From Auanema rhodensis (taxonomy: Eukaryota; Animalia; Nematoda): 64,000 nt of DNA. This document shows, in pieces, positions 12,201 through 26,500 of the stretch. Numbering within the stretch: the first letter of the stretch is position 1; every line of letters starts with the position of its first letter. Below the pieces are notes generated by a model, which had not been told where the DNA came from, searched no databases, and saw only the letters and a list, made by a program, of their open reading frames with translations. Made by a program: the position numbers and the translations under genes. The stretch lies in NCBI GenBank assembly GCA_964057225.1, contig OZ059898.1, positions 16,926,001 through 16,990,000 of the forward strand, given 5' to 3'.

Positions 12201-15200
12201 TTCGTTGAATAACATTGTCCATCGTCTTTGCCTTGAAAAAAGGAATCTAAAAACATCTACTTTTTGCTAAATTATACTGAAATTTTTCGAAAAAATTTTT
12301 GTCAAAATGTTTTTGGAAGCAATGTTGAGTGTACATGGAAACTCAACATACACTAATGCATCATTTTTCAAACGATCATAACTAATTTTTGTATTAAGCG
12401 TTTCTCAATGTAGTATAGTGCATTTGATGCGGATTTTTAAGCTGCGTCGATCTGTGTTATCAGATTTGCGCTAGCTTAAAAATGCACCGAGATATCAACT
12501 GATATAAGTTCACACTTATATCCTCAATTTTCACCCTGAAGAAATAATTTTTTCGTTGAATAACATTGTCCATCGTCTTTGCCTTGAAAAAAGGAATCTA
12601 AAAACATCTACTTTTTGCTAAATTATTTTGAAGTTTTTCGAAAAAATTTTTGTCAAAATGTTTTTGGAAGCAATGTTGAGTGTACATGGAAACTCAACAT
12701 ACACTAATGCATCATTTTTCAAACGATCATAACTAATTTTTGTATTAAGCGTTTCTCAATGTAGTATAGTGCATTCGATGCGGATTTTCAAGCTGCGTCG
12801 ATCTGTGTTATCAGATTTGCGCTAGCTTAAAAATGCACCGAGATATCAACTGATATAAGTTCACACTTATATCCTCGATTTTCACCCTGAAGAATTAATT
12901 TTTTTGTTGAATAACATTGTCCATCGTCTTTGCCTTGAGAAAAGGAATTTGAAAACATCTACTTTTTGCTAAATTATTTTGAAATTTTTCGAAAAAATTT
13001 TTGTCAAAATGTTTTTGGAAGCAATGTTGAGTGTACATGGAAACTCAACATACACTAATGCATCATTTTTCAAACGATCATAACTAATTTTTGTATTAAG
13101 CGTTTCTCAATGTAGTATAGTGCATTCGATGCGGATTTTTAAGCTGCGTCGATCTGTGTTATCAGATTTGCGCTAGCTTAAAAATGCACCGAGATATCAA
13201 CTGATATAAGTTCACACTTATATCCTCGATTTTCACCCTGAAGAAATAATTTTTTCGTTGAATAACATTGTCCATCGTCTTTGCCTTGAAAAAAGGAATC
13301 TAAAAACATCTACTTTTTGCTAAATTATTTTGAAGTTTTTCGAAAAAATTTTTGTCAAAATGTTTTTGGAAGCAATGTTGAGTGTACATGGAAACTCAAC
13401 ATACACTAATGCATCATTTTTCAAACGATCATAACTAATTTTTGTATTAAGCGTTTCTCAATGTAGTATAGTGCATTCGATGCGGATTCTCAAGCTGCGT
13501 CGATCTGTGTTATCAGATTTGCGCTAGCTTAAAAATGCACCGAGATATCAACTGATATAAGTTCACACTTATATCCTCGATTTTCACCCTGAAGAATTAA
13601 TTTTTTTGTTGAATAACATTGTCCATCGTCTTTGCCTTGAGAAAAGGAATTTGAAAACATCTACTTTTTGCTAAATTATTTTGAAATTTTTCGAAAAAAT
13701 TTTTGTCAAAATGTTTTTGGAAGCAATGTTGAGTGTACATGGAAACTCAACATACACTAATGCATCATTTTTCAAACGATCATAACAAATTTTTGTATTA
13801 AGCGTTTCTCAATGTAGTATAGTGCATTCGATGCGGATTTTTAAGCTGCGTCGATCTGTGTTATGAGATTCGCGCTAGCTTAAAAATGCACCGAGATATC
13901 AACTGATATAAGTTCACACTTATATCCTCGATTTTCACCCTGATGAATTAATTTTTTCGTTGAATAACATTGTCCATCGTCTTTGCTTTGAAAAAAGGAA
14001 TCTAAAAACTTCTATTTTTTGCTAAATTATTTTGAAATTTTTCGAAAAAATTTTTGTCAAAATGTTTTTGGAAGCAATGTTGAGTGTACATGTAAACTCA
14101 ACATACACTAATGCACCATTTTTCAAACAATCATAACTAATTTTTGTATTAAGCGTTTTTCAATGTAGTATAGTGCATTTGATGCGGATTTTTAAGCTGC
14201 GTCGATCTGTGTTATCAAATTTGCGCTAGCTTAAAAATGCACCGAGATATCAACTGATATAAGTTCACACTTATATCCTCGATTTTCACCCTGAAGAAAT
14301 AATTTTTTCGTTGAATAACATTGTCCATCGTCTTTGCCTTGAAAAAAGGAATCTAAAAACATCTACTTTTTGCTAAATTATTTTGAAGTTTTTCGAAAAA
14401 ATTTTTGTCAAAATGTTTTTGGAAGCAATGTTGAGTGTACATGGAAACTCAACATACACTAATGCATCATTTTTCAAACGATCATAACTAATTTTTGTAT
14501 TAAGCGTTTCTCAATGTAGTATAGTGCATTCGATGCGGATTCTCAAGCTGCGTCGATCTGTGTTATCAGATTTGCGCTAGCTTAAAAATGCACCGAGATA
14601 TCAACTGATATAAGTTCACACTTATATCCTCGATTTTCACCCTGAAGAATTAATTTTTTTGTTGAATAACATTGTCCATCGTCTTTGCCTTGAGAAAAGG
14701 AATTTGAAAACATCTACTTTTTGCTAAATTATTTTGAAATTTTTCGAAAAAATTTTTGTCAAAATGTTTTTGGAAGCAATGTTGAGTGTACATGGAAACT
14801 CAACATACACTAATGCATCATTTTTCAAACGATCATAACAAATTTTTGTATTAAGCGTTTCTCAATGTAGTATAGTGCATTCGATGCGGATTTTTAAGCT
14901 GCGTCGATCTGTGTTATGAGATTCGCGCTAGCTTAAAAATGCACCGAGATATCAACTGATATAAGTTCACACTTATATCCTCGATTTTCACCCTGATGAA
15001 TTAATTTTTTCGTTGAATAACATTGTCCATCGTCTTTGCTTTGAAAAAAGGAATCTAAAAACTTCTATTTTTTGCTAAATTATTTTGAAATTTTTCGAAA
15101 AAATTTTTGTCAAAATGTTTTTGGAAGCAATGTTGAGTGTACATGTAAACTCAACATACACTAATGCACCATTTTTCAAACAATCATAACTAATTTTTGT

Positions 15201-18200
15201 ATTAAGCGTTTTTCAATGTAGTATAGTGCATTTGATGCGGATTTTTAAGCTGCGTCGATCTGTGTTATCAAATTTGCGCTAGCTTAAAAATGCACCGAGA
15301 TATCAACTGATATAAGTTCACACTTATATCCTCGATTTTCACCCTGAAGAAATAATTTTTTCGTTGAATAACATTGTCCATCGTCTTTGCCTTGAAAAAA
15401 GGAATCTAAAAACATCTACTTTTTGCTAAATTATTTTGAAGTTTTTCGAAAAAATTTTTGTCAAAATGTTTTTGGAAGCAATGTTGAGTGTACATGGAAA
15501 CTCAACATACACTAATGCATCATTTTTCAAACGATCATAACTAATTTTTGTATTAAGCGTTTCTCAATGTAGTATAGTGCATTCGATGCGGATTTTTAAG
15601 CTGCGTCGATCTGTGTTATCAGATTTGCGCTAGCTTAAAAATGCACCGAGATATCAACTGATATAAGTTCACACTTATATCCTCGATTTTCACCCTGAAG
15701 AATTAATTTTTTTGTTGAATAACATTGTCCATCGTCTTTGCCTTGAGAAAAGGAATTTGAAAACATCTACTTTTTGCTAAATTATTTTGAAATTTTTCGA
15801 AAAAATTTTTGTCAAAATGTTTTTGGAAGCAATGTTGAGTGTACATGGAAACTCAACATACACTAATGCATCATTTTTCAAACGATCATAACTAATTTTT
15901 GTATTAAGCGTTTTTCAATGTAGTATAGTGCATTTGATGCGGATTTTTAAGCTGCGTCGATCTGTGTTATCAAATTTGCGCTAGCTTAAAAATGCACCGA
16001 GATATCAACTGATATAAGTTCACACTTATATCCTCGATTTTCACCCTGAAGAAATAATTTTTTCGTTGAATAACATTGTCCATCGTCTTTGCCTTGAAAA
16101 AAGGAATCTAAAAACATCTACTTTTTGCTAAATTATTCTGAAATTTTTCGAAAAAATTTTTGTCAAAATGTTTTTGGAAGCAATGTTGAGTGTACATGGA
16201 AACTCAACATACACTAATGCATCATTTTTCAAACGATCATAACTAATTTTTGTATTAAGCGTTTCTCAATGTAGTATAGTGCATTCGATGCGGATTCTCA
16301 AGCTGCGTCGATCTGTGTTATCAAATTTGCGCTAGCTTAAAAATGCACCGAGATATCAACTGATATAAGTTCACACTTATATCCTCAATTTTCACCCTGA
16401 AGAAATAATTTTTTCGTTGAATAACATTGTCCATCGTCTTTGCCTTGAAAAAAGGAATCTAAAAACATCTACTTTTTGCTAAATTATTCTGAAATTTTTC
16501 GAAAAAATTTTTGTCAAAATGTTTTTGGAAGCAATGTTGAGTGTACATGGAAACTCAACATACACTAATGCATCATTTTTCAAACGATCATAACTAATTT
16601 TTGTATTAAGCGTTTCTCAATGTAGTATAGTGCATTCGATGCGGATTCTCAAGCTGCGTCGATCTGTGTTATCAAATTTGCGCTAGCTTAAAAATGCACC
16701 GAGATATCAACTGATATAAGTTCACACTTATATCCTCAATTTTCACCCTGAAGAAATAATTTTTTCGTTGAATAACATTGTCCATCGTCTTTGCCTTGAA
16801 AAAAGGAATCTAAAAACATCTACTTTTTGCTAAATTATTTTGAAGTTTTTCGAAAAAATTTTTGTCAAAATGTTTTTGGAAGCAATGTTGAGTGTACATG
16901 GAAACTCAACATACACTAATGCATCATTTTTCAAACGATCATAACTAATTTTTGTATTAAGCGTTTCTCAATGTAGTATAGTGCATTCGATGCGGATTTT
17001 CAAGCTGCGTCGATCTGTGTTATCAGATTTGCGCTAGCTTAAAAATGCACCGAGATATCAACTGATATAAGTTCACACTTATATCCTCGATTTTCACCCT
17101 GAAGAATTAATTTTTTTGTTGAATAACATTGTCCATCGTCTTTGCCTTGAGAAAAGGAATTTGAAAACATCTACTTTTTGCTAAATTATTTTGAAATTTT
17201 TCGAAAAAATTTTTGTCAAAATGTTTTTGGAAGCAATGTTGAGTGTACATGGAAACTCAACATACACTAATGCATCATTTTTCAAACGATCATAACTAAT
17301 TTTTGTATTAAGCGTTTCTCAATGTAGTATAGTGCATTCGATGCGGATTTTTAAGCTGCGTCGATCTGTGTTATCAGATTTGCGCTAGCTTAAAAATGCA
17401 CCGAGATATCAACTGATATAAGTTCACACTTATATCCTCGATTTTCACCCTGAAGAAATAATTTTTTCGTTGAATAACATTGTCCATCGTCTTTGCCTTG
17501 AAAAAAGGAATCTAAAAACATCTACTTTTTGCTAAATTATTTTGAAGTTTTTCGAAAAAATTTTTGTCAAAATGTTTTTGGAAGCAATGTTGAGTGTACA
17601 TGGAAACTCAACATACACTAATGCATCATTTTTCAAACGATCATAACTAATTTTTGTATTAAGCGTTTCTCAATGTAGTATAGTGCATTCGATGCGGATT
17701 CTCAAGCTGCGTCGATCTGTGTTATCAGATTTGCGCTAGCTTAAAAATGCACCGAGATATCAACTGATATAAGTTCACACTTATATCCTCGATTTTCACC
17801 CTGAAGAATTAATTTTTTTGTTGAATAACATTGTCCATCGTCTTTGCCTTGAGAAAAGGAATTTGAAAACATCTACTTTTTGCTAAATTATTTTGAAATT
17901 TTTCGAAAAAATTTTTGTCAAAATGTTTTTGGAAGCAATGTTGAGTGTACATGGAAACTCAACATACACTAATGCATCATTTTTCAAACGATCATAACAA
18001 ATTTTTGTATTAAGCGTTTCTCAATGTAGTATAGTGCATTCGATGCGGATTTTTAAGCTGCGTCGATCTGTGTTATGAGATTCGCGCTAGCTTAAAAATG
18101 CACCGAGATATCAACTGATATAAGTTCACACTTATATCCTCGATTTTCACCCTGATGAATTAATTTTTTCGTTGAATAACATTGTCCATCGTCTTTGCTT

Positions 18201-18999
18201 TGAAAAAAGGAATCTAAAAACTTCTATTTTTTGCTAAATTATTTTGAAATTTTTCGAAAAAATTTTTGTCAAAATGTTTTTGGAAGCAATGTTGAGTGTA
18301 CATGTAAACTCAACATACACTAATGCACCATTTTTCAAACAATCATAACTAATTTTTGTATTAAGCGTTTTTCAATGTAGTATAGTGCATTTGATGCGGA
18401 TTTTTAAGCTGCGTCGATCTGTGTTATCAAATTTGCGCTAGCTTAAAAATGCACCGAGATATCAACTGATATAAGTTCACACTTATATCCTCGATTTTCA
18501 CCCTGAAGAAATAATTTTTTCGTTGAATAACATTGTCCATCGTCTTTGCCTTGAAAAAAGGAATCTAAAAACATCTACTTTTTGCTAAATTATTTTGAAG
18601 TTTTTCGAAAAAATTTTTGTCAAAATGTTTTTGGAAGCAATGTTGAGTGTACATGGAAACTCAACATACACTAATGCATCATTTTTCAAACGATCATAAC
18701 TAATTTTTGTATTAAGCGTTTCTCAATGTAGTATAGTGCATTCGATGCGGATTTTTAAGCTGCGTCGATCTGTGTTATCAGATTTGCGCTAGCTTAAAAA
18801 TGCACCGAGATATCAACTGATATAAGTTCACACTTATATCCTCGATTTTCACCCTGAAGAATTAATTTTTTTGTTGAATAACATTGTCCATCGTCTTTGC
18901 CTTGAGAAAAGGAATTTGAAAACATCTACTTTTTGCTAAATTATTTTGAAATTTTTCGAAAAAATTTTTGTCAAAATGTTTTTGGAAGCAATGTTGAGT

Positions 19000-21900
19000 G
19001 TACATGGAAACTCAACATACACTAATGCATCATTTTTCAAACGATCATAACTAATTTTTGTATTAAGCGTTTTTCAATGTAGTATAGTGCATTTGATGCG
19101 GATTTTTAAGCTGCGTCGATCTGTGTTATCAAATTTGCGCTAGCTTAAAAATGCACCGAGATATCAACTGATATAAGTTCACACTTATATCCTCGATTTT
19201 CACCCTGAAGAAATAATTTTTTCGTTGAATAACATTGTCCATCGTCTTTGCCTTGAAAAAAGGAATCTAAAAACATCTACTTTTTGCTAAATTATTCTGA
19301 AATTTTTCGAAAAAATTTTTGTCAAAATGTTTTTGGAAGCAATGTTGAGTGTACATGGAAACTCAACATACACTAATGCATCATTTTTCAAACGATCATA
19401 ACTAATTTTTGTATTAAGCGTTTCTCAATGTAGTATAGTGCATTTGATGCGGATTTTTAAGCTGCGTCGATCTGTGTTATCAAATTTGCGCTAGCTTAAA
19501 AATGCACCGAGATATCAACTGATATAAGTTCACACTTATATCCTCGATTTTCACCCTGAAGAAATAATTTTTTCGTTGAATAACATTGTCCATCGTCTTT
19601 GCCTTGAAAAAAGGAATCTAAAAACATCTACTTTTTGCTAAATTATTCTGAAATTTTTCGAAAAAATTTTTGTCAAAATGTTTTTGGAAGCAATGTTGAG
19701 TGTACATGGAAACTCAACATACACTAATGCATCATTTTTCAAACGATCATAACTAATTTTTGTATTAAGCGTTTCTCAATGTAGTATAGTGCATTCGATG
19801 CGGATTTTTAAACTGCGTCGATCTGTGTTATCAGATTTGCGCTAGCTTAAAAATGCACCGAGATATGAACTGATATAAGTTCACACTTATATCCTCGATT
19901 TTCACCCTGAAGAAATAATTTTTTCGTTGAATAACATTGTCCATCGTCTTTGCCTCGAGAAAAGGAATTTGAAAACATCTACTTTTTGCTAAATTATTTT
20001 GAAATTTTTCGAAAAAATTTTTGTCAAAATGTTTTTGGAAGCAATGTTGAGTGTACATGGAAACTCAACATACACTAATGCATCATTTTTCAAACGATCA
20101 TAACAAATTTTTGTATTAAGCGTTTCTCAATGTAGTATAGTGCATTCGATGCGAATTTTTTAGCTGCGTCGATCTGTGTTATGAGATTTGCGCTAGCTTA
20201 AAAATGCACCGAGATATCAACTGATATAAGTTCACACTTATATCCTCGATTTTCACCCTGAAGAATTAATTTTTTCGTTGAATAACATTGTCCATCGTCT
20301 TTGCTTTGAAAAAAGGAATCTAAAAACTTCTATTTTTTGCTAAATTATTTTGAAATTTTTCGAAAAAATTTTTGTCAAAATGTTTTTGGAAGCAATGTTG
20401 AGTGTACATGTAAACTCAACATACACTAATGCACCATTTTTCAAACAATCATAACTAATTTTTGTATTAAGCGTTTTTCAATGTAGTATAGTGCATTTGA
20501 TGCGGATTTTTAAGCTGCGTCGATCTGTGTTATCAAATTTGCGCTAGCTTAAAAATGCACCGAGATATCAACTGATATAAGTTCACACTTATATCCTCGA
20601 TTTTCACCCTGAAGAAATAATTTTTTCGTTGAATAACATTGTCCATCGTCTTTGCCTTGAAAAAAGGAATCTAAAAACATCTACTTTTTGCTAAATTATT
20701 CTGAAATTTTTCGAAAAAATTTTTGTCAAAATGTTTTTGGAAGCAATGTTGAGTGTACATGGAAACTCAACATACACTAATGCATCATTTTTCAAACGAT
20801 CATAACTAATTTTTGTATTAAGCGTTTCTCAATGTAGTATAGTGCATTTGATGCGGATTTTTAAGCTGCGTCGATCTGTGTTATCAAATTTGCGCTAGCT
20901 TAAAAATGCACCGAGATATCAACTGATATAAGTTCACACTTATATCCTCGATTTTCACCCTGAAGAAATAATTTTTTCGTTGAATAACATTGTCCATCGT
21001 CTTTGCCTTGAAAAAAGGAATCTAAAAACATCTACTTTTTGCTAAATTATTCTGAAATTTTTCGAAAAAATTTTTGTCAAAATGTTTTTGGAAGCAATGT
21101 TGAGTGTACATGGAAACTCAACATACACTAATGCATCATTTTTCAAACGATCATAACTAATTTTTGTATTAAGCGTTTCTCAATGTAGTATAGTGCATTC
21201 GATGCGGAATTTTAAACTGCGTCGATCTGTGTTATCAGATTTGCGCTAGCTTAAAAATGCACCGAGATATGAACTGATATAAGTTCACACTTATATCCTC
21301 GATTTTCACCCTGAAGAAATAATTTTTTCGTTGAATAACATTGTCCATCGTCTTTGCCTCGAGAAAAGGAATTTGAAAACATCTACTTTTTGCTAAATTA
21401 TTTTGAAATTTTTCGAAAAAATTTTTGTCAAAATGTTTTTGGAAGCAATGTTGAGTGTACATGGAAACTCAACATACACTAATGCATCATTTTTCAAACG
21501 ATCATAACAAATTTTTGTATTAAGCGTTTCTCAATGTAGTATAGTGCATTCGATGCGGATTTTTAAGCTGCGTCGATCTGTGTTATGAGATTTGCGCTAG
21601 CTTAAAAATGCACCGAGATATCAACTGATATAAGTTCACACTTATATCCTCGATTTTCACCCTGAAGAATTAATTTTTTCGTTGAATAACATTGTCCATC
21701 GTCTTTGCTTTGAAAAAAGGAATCTAAAAACATCTACTTTTTGCTAAATTATTTTGAAATTTTTCGAAAAAATTTTTGTCAAAATGTTTTTGGAAGCAAT
21801 GTTGAGTGTACATGTAAACTCAACATACACTAATGCACCATTTTTCAAACAATCATAACTAATTTTTGTATTAAGCGTTTTTCAATGTAGTATAGTGCAT

Positions 21901-23500
21901 TTGATGCGGATTTTTAAGCTGCGTCGATCTGTGTTATCAAATTTGCGCTAGCTTAAAAATGCACCGAGATATCAACTGATATAAGTTCACACTTATATCC
22001 TCGATTTTCACCCTGAAGAAATAATTTTTTCGTTGAATAACATTGTCCATCGTCTTTGCCTTGAAAAAAGGAATCTAAAAACATCTACTTTTTGCTAAAT
22101 TATTCTGAAATTTTTCGAAAAAATTTTTGTCAAAATGTTTTTGGAAGCAATGTTGAGTGTACATGGAAACTCAACATACACTAATGCATCATTTTTCAAA
22201 CGATCATAACTAATTTTTGTATTAAGCGTTTCTCAATGTAGTATAGTGCATTTGATGCGGATTTTTAAGCTGCGTCGATCTGTGTTATCAAATTTGCGCT
22301 AGCTTAAAAATGCACCGAGATATCAACTGATATAAGTTCACACTTATATCCTCGATTTTCACCCTGAAGAAATAATTTTTTCGTTGAATAACATTGTCCA
22401 TCGTCTTTGCCTTGAAAAAAGGAATCTAAAAACATCTACTTTTTGCTAAATTATTCTGAAATTTTTCGAAAAAATTTTTGTCAAAATGTTTTTGGAAGCA
22501 ATGTTGAGTGTACATGGAAACTCAACATACACTAATGCATCATTTTTCAAACGATCATAACTAATTTTTGTATTAAGCGTTTCTCAATGTAGTATAGTGC
22601 ATTCGATGCGGATTTTTAAACTGCGTCGATCTGTGTTATCAGATTTGCGCTAGCTTAAAAATGCACCGAGATATGAACTGATATAAGTTCACACTTATAT
22701 CCTCGATTTTCACCCTGAAGAAATAATTTTTTCGTTGAATAACATTGTCCATCGTCTTTGCCTCGAGAAAAGGAATTTGAAAACATCTACTTTTTGCTAA
22801 ATTATTTTGAAATTTTTCGAAAAAATTTTTGTCAAAATGTTTTTGGAAGCAATGTTGAGTGTACATGGAAACTCAACATACACTAATGCATCATTTTTCA
22901 AACGATCATAACAAATTTTTGTATTAAGCGTTTCTCAATGTAGTATAGTGCATTCGATGCGGATTTTTAAGCTGCGTCGATCTGTGTTATGAGATTTGCG
23001 CTAGCTTAAAAATGCACCGAGATATCAACTGATATAAGTTCACACTTATATCCTCGATTTTCACCCTGAAGAATTAATTTTTTCGTTGAATAACATTGTC
23101 CATCGTCTTTGCTTTGAAAAAAGGAATCTAAAAACATCTACTTTTTGCTAAATTATTTTGAAATTTTTCGAAAAAATTTTTGTCAAAATGTTTTTGGAAG
23201 CAATGTTGAGTGTACATGTAAACTCAACATACACTAATGCACCATTTTTCAAACAATCATAACTAATTTTTGTATTAAGCGTTTTTCAATGAAGTATAGT
23301 GCATTTGATGCGGATTTTTAAGCTGCGTCGATCTGTGTTATCAAATTTGCGCTAGCTTAAAAATGCACCGAGATATCAACTGATATAAGTTCACACTTAT
23401 ATCCTCGATTTTCACCCTGAAGAAATAATTTTTTCGTTGAATAACATTGTTCATCGTCTTTGCCTTGAAAAAAGGAATCTAAAAACATCTACTTTTTGCT
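19000..23500. repeat. 4-monomer (1404-bp) higher-order repeat, ~3 copies, approximate limits
   Basis: The GCCTCGAGAAAAGGAATTTG variant and identical ORFs at 19831, 21235 and 22639 are spaced 1404 bp apart. Confidence 0.88.
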
Positions 23501-26500
23501 AAATTATTCTGAAATTTTTCGAAAAAATTTTTGTCAAAATGTTTTTGGAAGCAATGTTGAGTGTACATGGAAACTCAACATACACTAATGCATCATTTTT
23601 CAAACGATCATAACTAATTTTTGTATTAAGCGTTTCTCAATGTAGTATAGTGCATTCGATGCGGATTTTTAAACTGCGTCGATCTGTGTTATCAGATTTG
23701 CGCTAGCTTAAAAATGCACCGAGATATGAACTGATATAAGTTCACACTTATATCCTCGATTTTCACCCTGAAGAATTATTTTTTTCGTTGAATAACATTG
23801 TCCATCGTCTTTGCCTTGAAAAAAGAAATCTAAAAACATCTACTTTTTGCTAAATTATTCTGAAATTTTTCGAAAAAATTTTTGTCAAAATGTTTTTGGA
23901 AGCAATGTTGAGTGTACATGGAAACTCAACATACACTAATGCATCATTTTTCAAACGATCATAACAAATTTTTGTATTAAGCGTTTCTCAATGTAGTATA
24001 GTGCATTCGATGCGGATTTTTAAGCTGCGTCGATCTGTGTTATGAGATTTGCGCTAGCTTAAAAATGCACCGAGATATCAACTGATATAAGTTCACACTT
24101 ATATCCTCAATTTTCACCCTGAAGAAATAATTTTTTCGTTGAATAACATTGTCCATCGTCTTTGCCTTGAAAAAAGGAATCTAAAAACATCTACTTTTTG
24201 CTAAATTATTTTGAAGTTTTTCGAAAAAATTTTTGTCAAAATGTTTTTGGAAGCAATGTTGAGTGTACATGGAAACTCAACATACACTAATGCATCATTT
24301 TTCAAACGATCATAACTAATTTTTGTATTAAGCGTTTCTTAATGTAGTATAGTGCATTTGATGCGGATTTTTAAGCTGCGTCGATCTGTGTTATCAAATT
24401 TGCGCTAGCTTAAAAATGCACCGAGATATCAACTGATATAAGTTCACACTTATATCCTCAATTTTCACCCTGAAGAAATAATTTTTTCGTTGAATAACAT
24501 TGTCCATCGTCTTTGCCTTGAAAAAAGGAATCTAAAAACATCTACTTTTTGCTAAATTATTTTGAAGTTTTTCGAAAAAATTTTTGTCAAAATGTTTTTG
24601 GAAGCAATGTTGAGTGTACATGGAAACTCAACATACACTAATGCATCATTTTTCAAACGATCATAACTAATTTTTGTATTAAGCGTTTCTCAATGTAGTA
24701 TAGTGCATTCGATGCGGATTTTTAAGCTGCGTCGATCTGTGTTATCAGATTTGAGCTAGCTTAAAAATGCACCGAGATATCAACTGATATAAGTTCACAC
24801 TTATATCCTCGATTTTCACCCTGAAGAAATAATTTTTTCGTTGAATAACATTGTCCATCGTCTTTGCCTTGAAAAAAGGAATCTAAAAACATCTACTTTT
24901 TGCTAAATTATTTTGAAGTTTTTCGAAAAAATTTTTGTCAAAATGTTTTTGGAAGCAATGTTGAGTGTACATGGAAACTCAACATACACTAATGCATCAT
25001 TTTTCAAACGATCATAACTAATTTTTGTATTAGGCGTTTCTCAATGTAGTATAGTGCATTCGATGCGGATTTTCAAGCTGCGTCGATCTGTGTTATCAGA
25101 TTTGCGCTAGCTTAAAAATGCACCGAGATATCAACTGATATAAGTTCACACTTATATCCTCGATTTTCACCCTGAAGAATTAATTTTTTTGTTGAATAAC
25201 ATTGTCCATCGTCTTTGCCTTGAGAAAAGGAATTTGAAAACATCTACTTTTTGCTAAATTATTTTGAAATTTTTCGAAAAAATTTTTGTCAAAATGTTTT
25301 TGGAAGCAATGTTGAGTGTACATGGAAACTCAACATACACTAATGCATCATTTTTCAAACGATCATAACAAATTTTTGTATTAAGCGTTTCTCAATGTAG
25401 TATAGTGCATTCGATGCGGATTTTTAAGCTGCGTCGATCTGTGTTATGAGATTTGCGCTAGCTTAAAAATGCACCGAGATATCAACTGATATAAGTTCAC
25501 ACTTATATCCTCGATTTTCACCCTGAAGAATTAATTTTTTCGTTGAATAACATTGTCCATCGTCTTTGCTTTGAAAAAAGGAATCTAAAAACTTCTATTT
25601 TTTGCTAAATTATTTTGAAATTTTTCGAAAAAATTTTTGTCAAAATGTTTTTGGAAGCAATGTTGAGTGTACATGTAAACTCAACATACACTAATGCACC
25701 ATTTTTCAAACAATCATAACTAATTTTTGTATTAAGCGTTTTTCAATGTAGTATAGTGCATTTGATGCGGATTTTTAAGCTGCGTCGATCTGTGTTATCA
25801 AATTTGCGCTAGCTTAAAAATGCACCGAGATATCAACTGATATAAGTTCACACTTATATCCTCGATTTTCACCCTGAAGAAATGATTTTTTCGTTGAATA
25901 ACATTGTCCATCGTCTTTGCCTTGAAAAAAGGAATCTAAAAACATCTACTTTTTGCGAAATTATTCTGAAATTTTTCGAAAAAATTTTTGTCAAAATGTT
26001 TTTGGAAGCAATGTTGAGTGTACATGGAAACTCAACATACACTAATGCATCATTTTTCAAACGATCATAACTAATTTTTGTATTAAGCGTTTCTCAATGT
26101 AGTATAGTGCATTCGATGCGGATTTTTAAACTGCGTCGATCGGTGTTATCAGATTTGCGCTAGCTTAAAAATGCACCGAGATATGAACTGATATAAGTTC
26201 ACACTTATATCCTCGATTTTCACCCTGAAGAATTATTTTTTTCGTTGAATAACATTGTCCATCGTCTTTGCCTTGAAAAAAGAAATCTAAAAACATCTAC
26301 TTTTTGCTAAATTATTCTGAAATTTTTCGAAAAAATTTTTGTCAAAATGTTTTTGGAAGCAATGTTGAGTGTACATGGAAACTCAACATACACTAATGCA
26401 TCATTTTTCAAACGATCATAACAAATTTTTGTATTAAGCGTTTCTCAATGTAGTATAGTGCATTCGATGCGGATTTTTAAGCTGCGTCGATCTGTGTTAT

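Noticed and set aside
194-22866. Eight ~75-aa minus-strand ORFs (MYTQHCFQKHF...)
   Set aside because: They appear only in monomers where point variants remove stops present in most copies. They are low-complexity F/K/N-rich with no recognisable domain, and the frame recurs only because the unit repeats.
25869-26070. Overlapping 63-aa and 62-aa ORFs on opposite strands
   Set aside because: Created by local substitutions (AATAAT>AATGAT, GCTAAA>GCGAAA) in one monomer; the sister copy at 29394 retains the stop.
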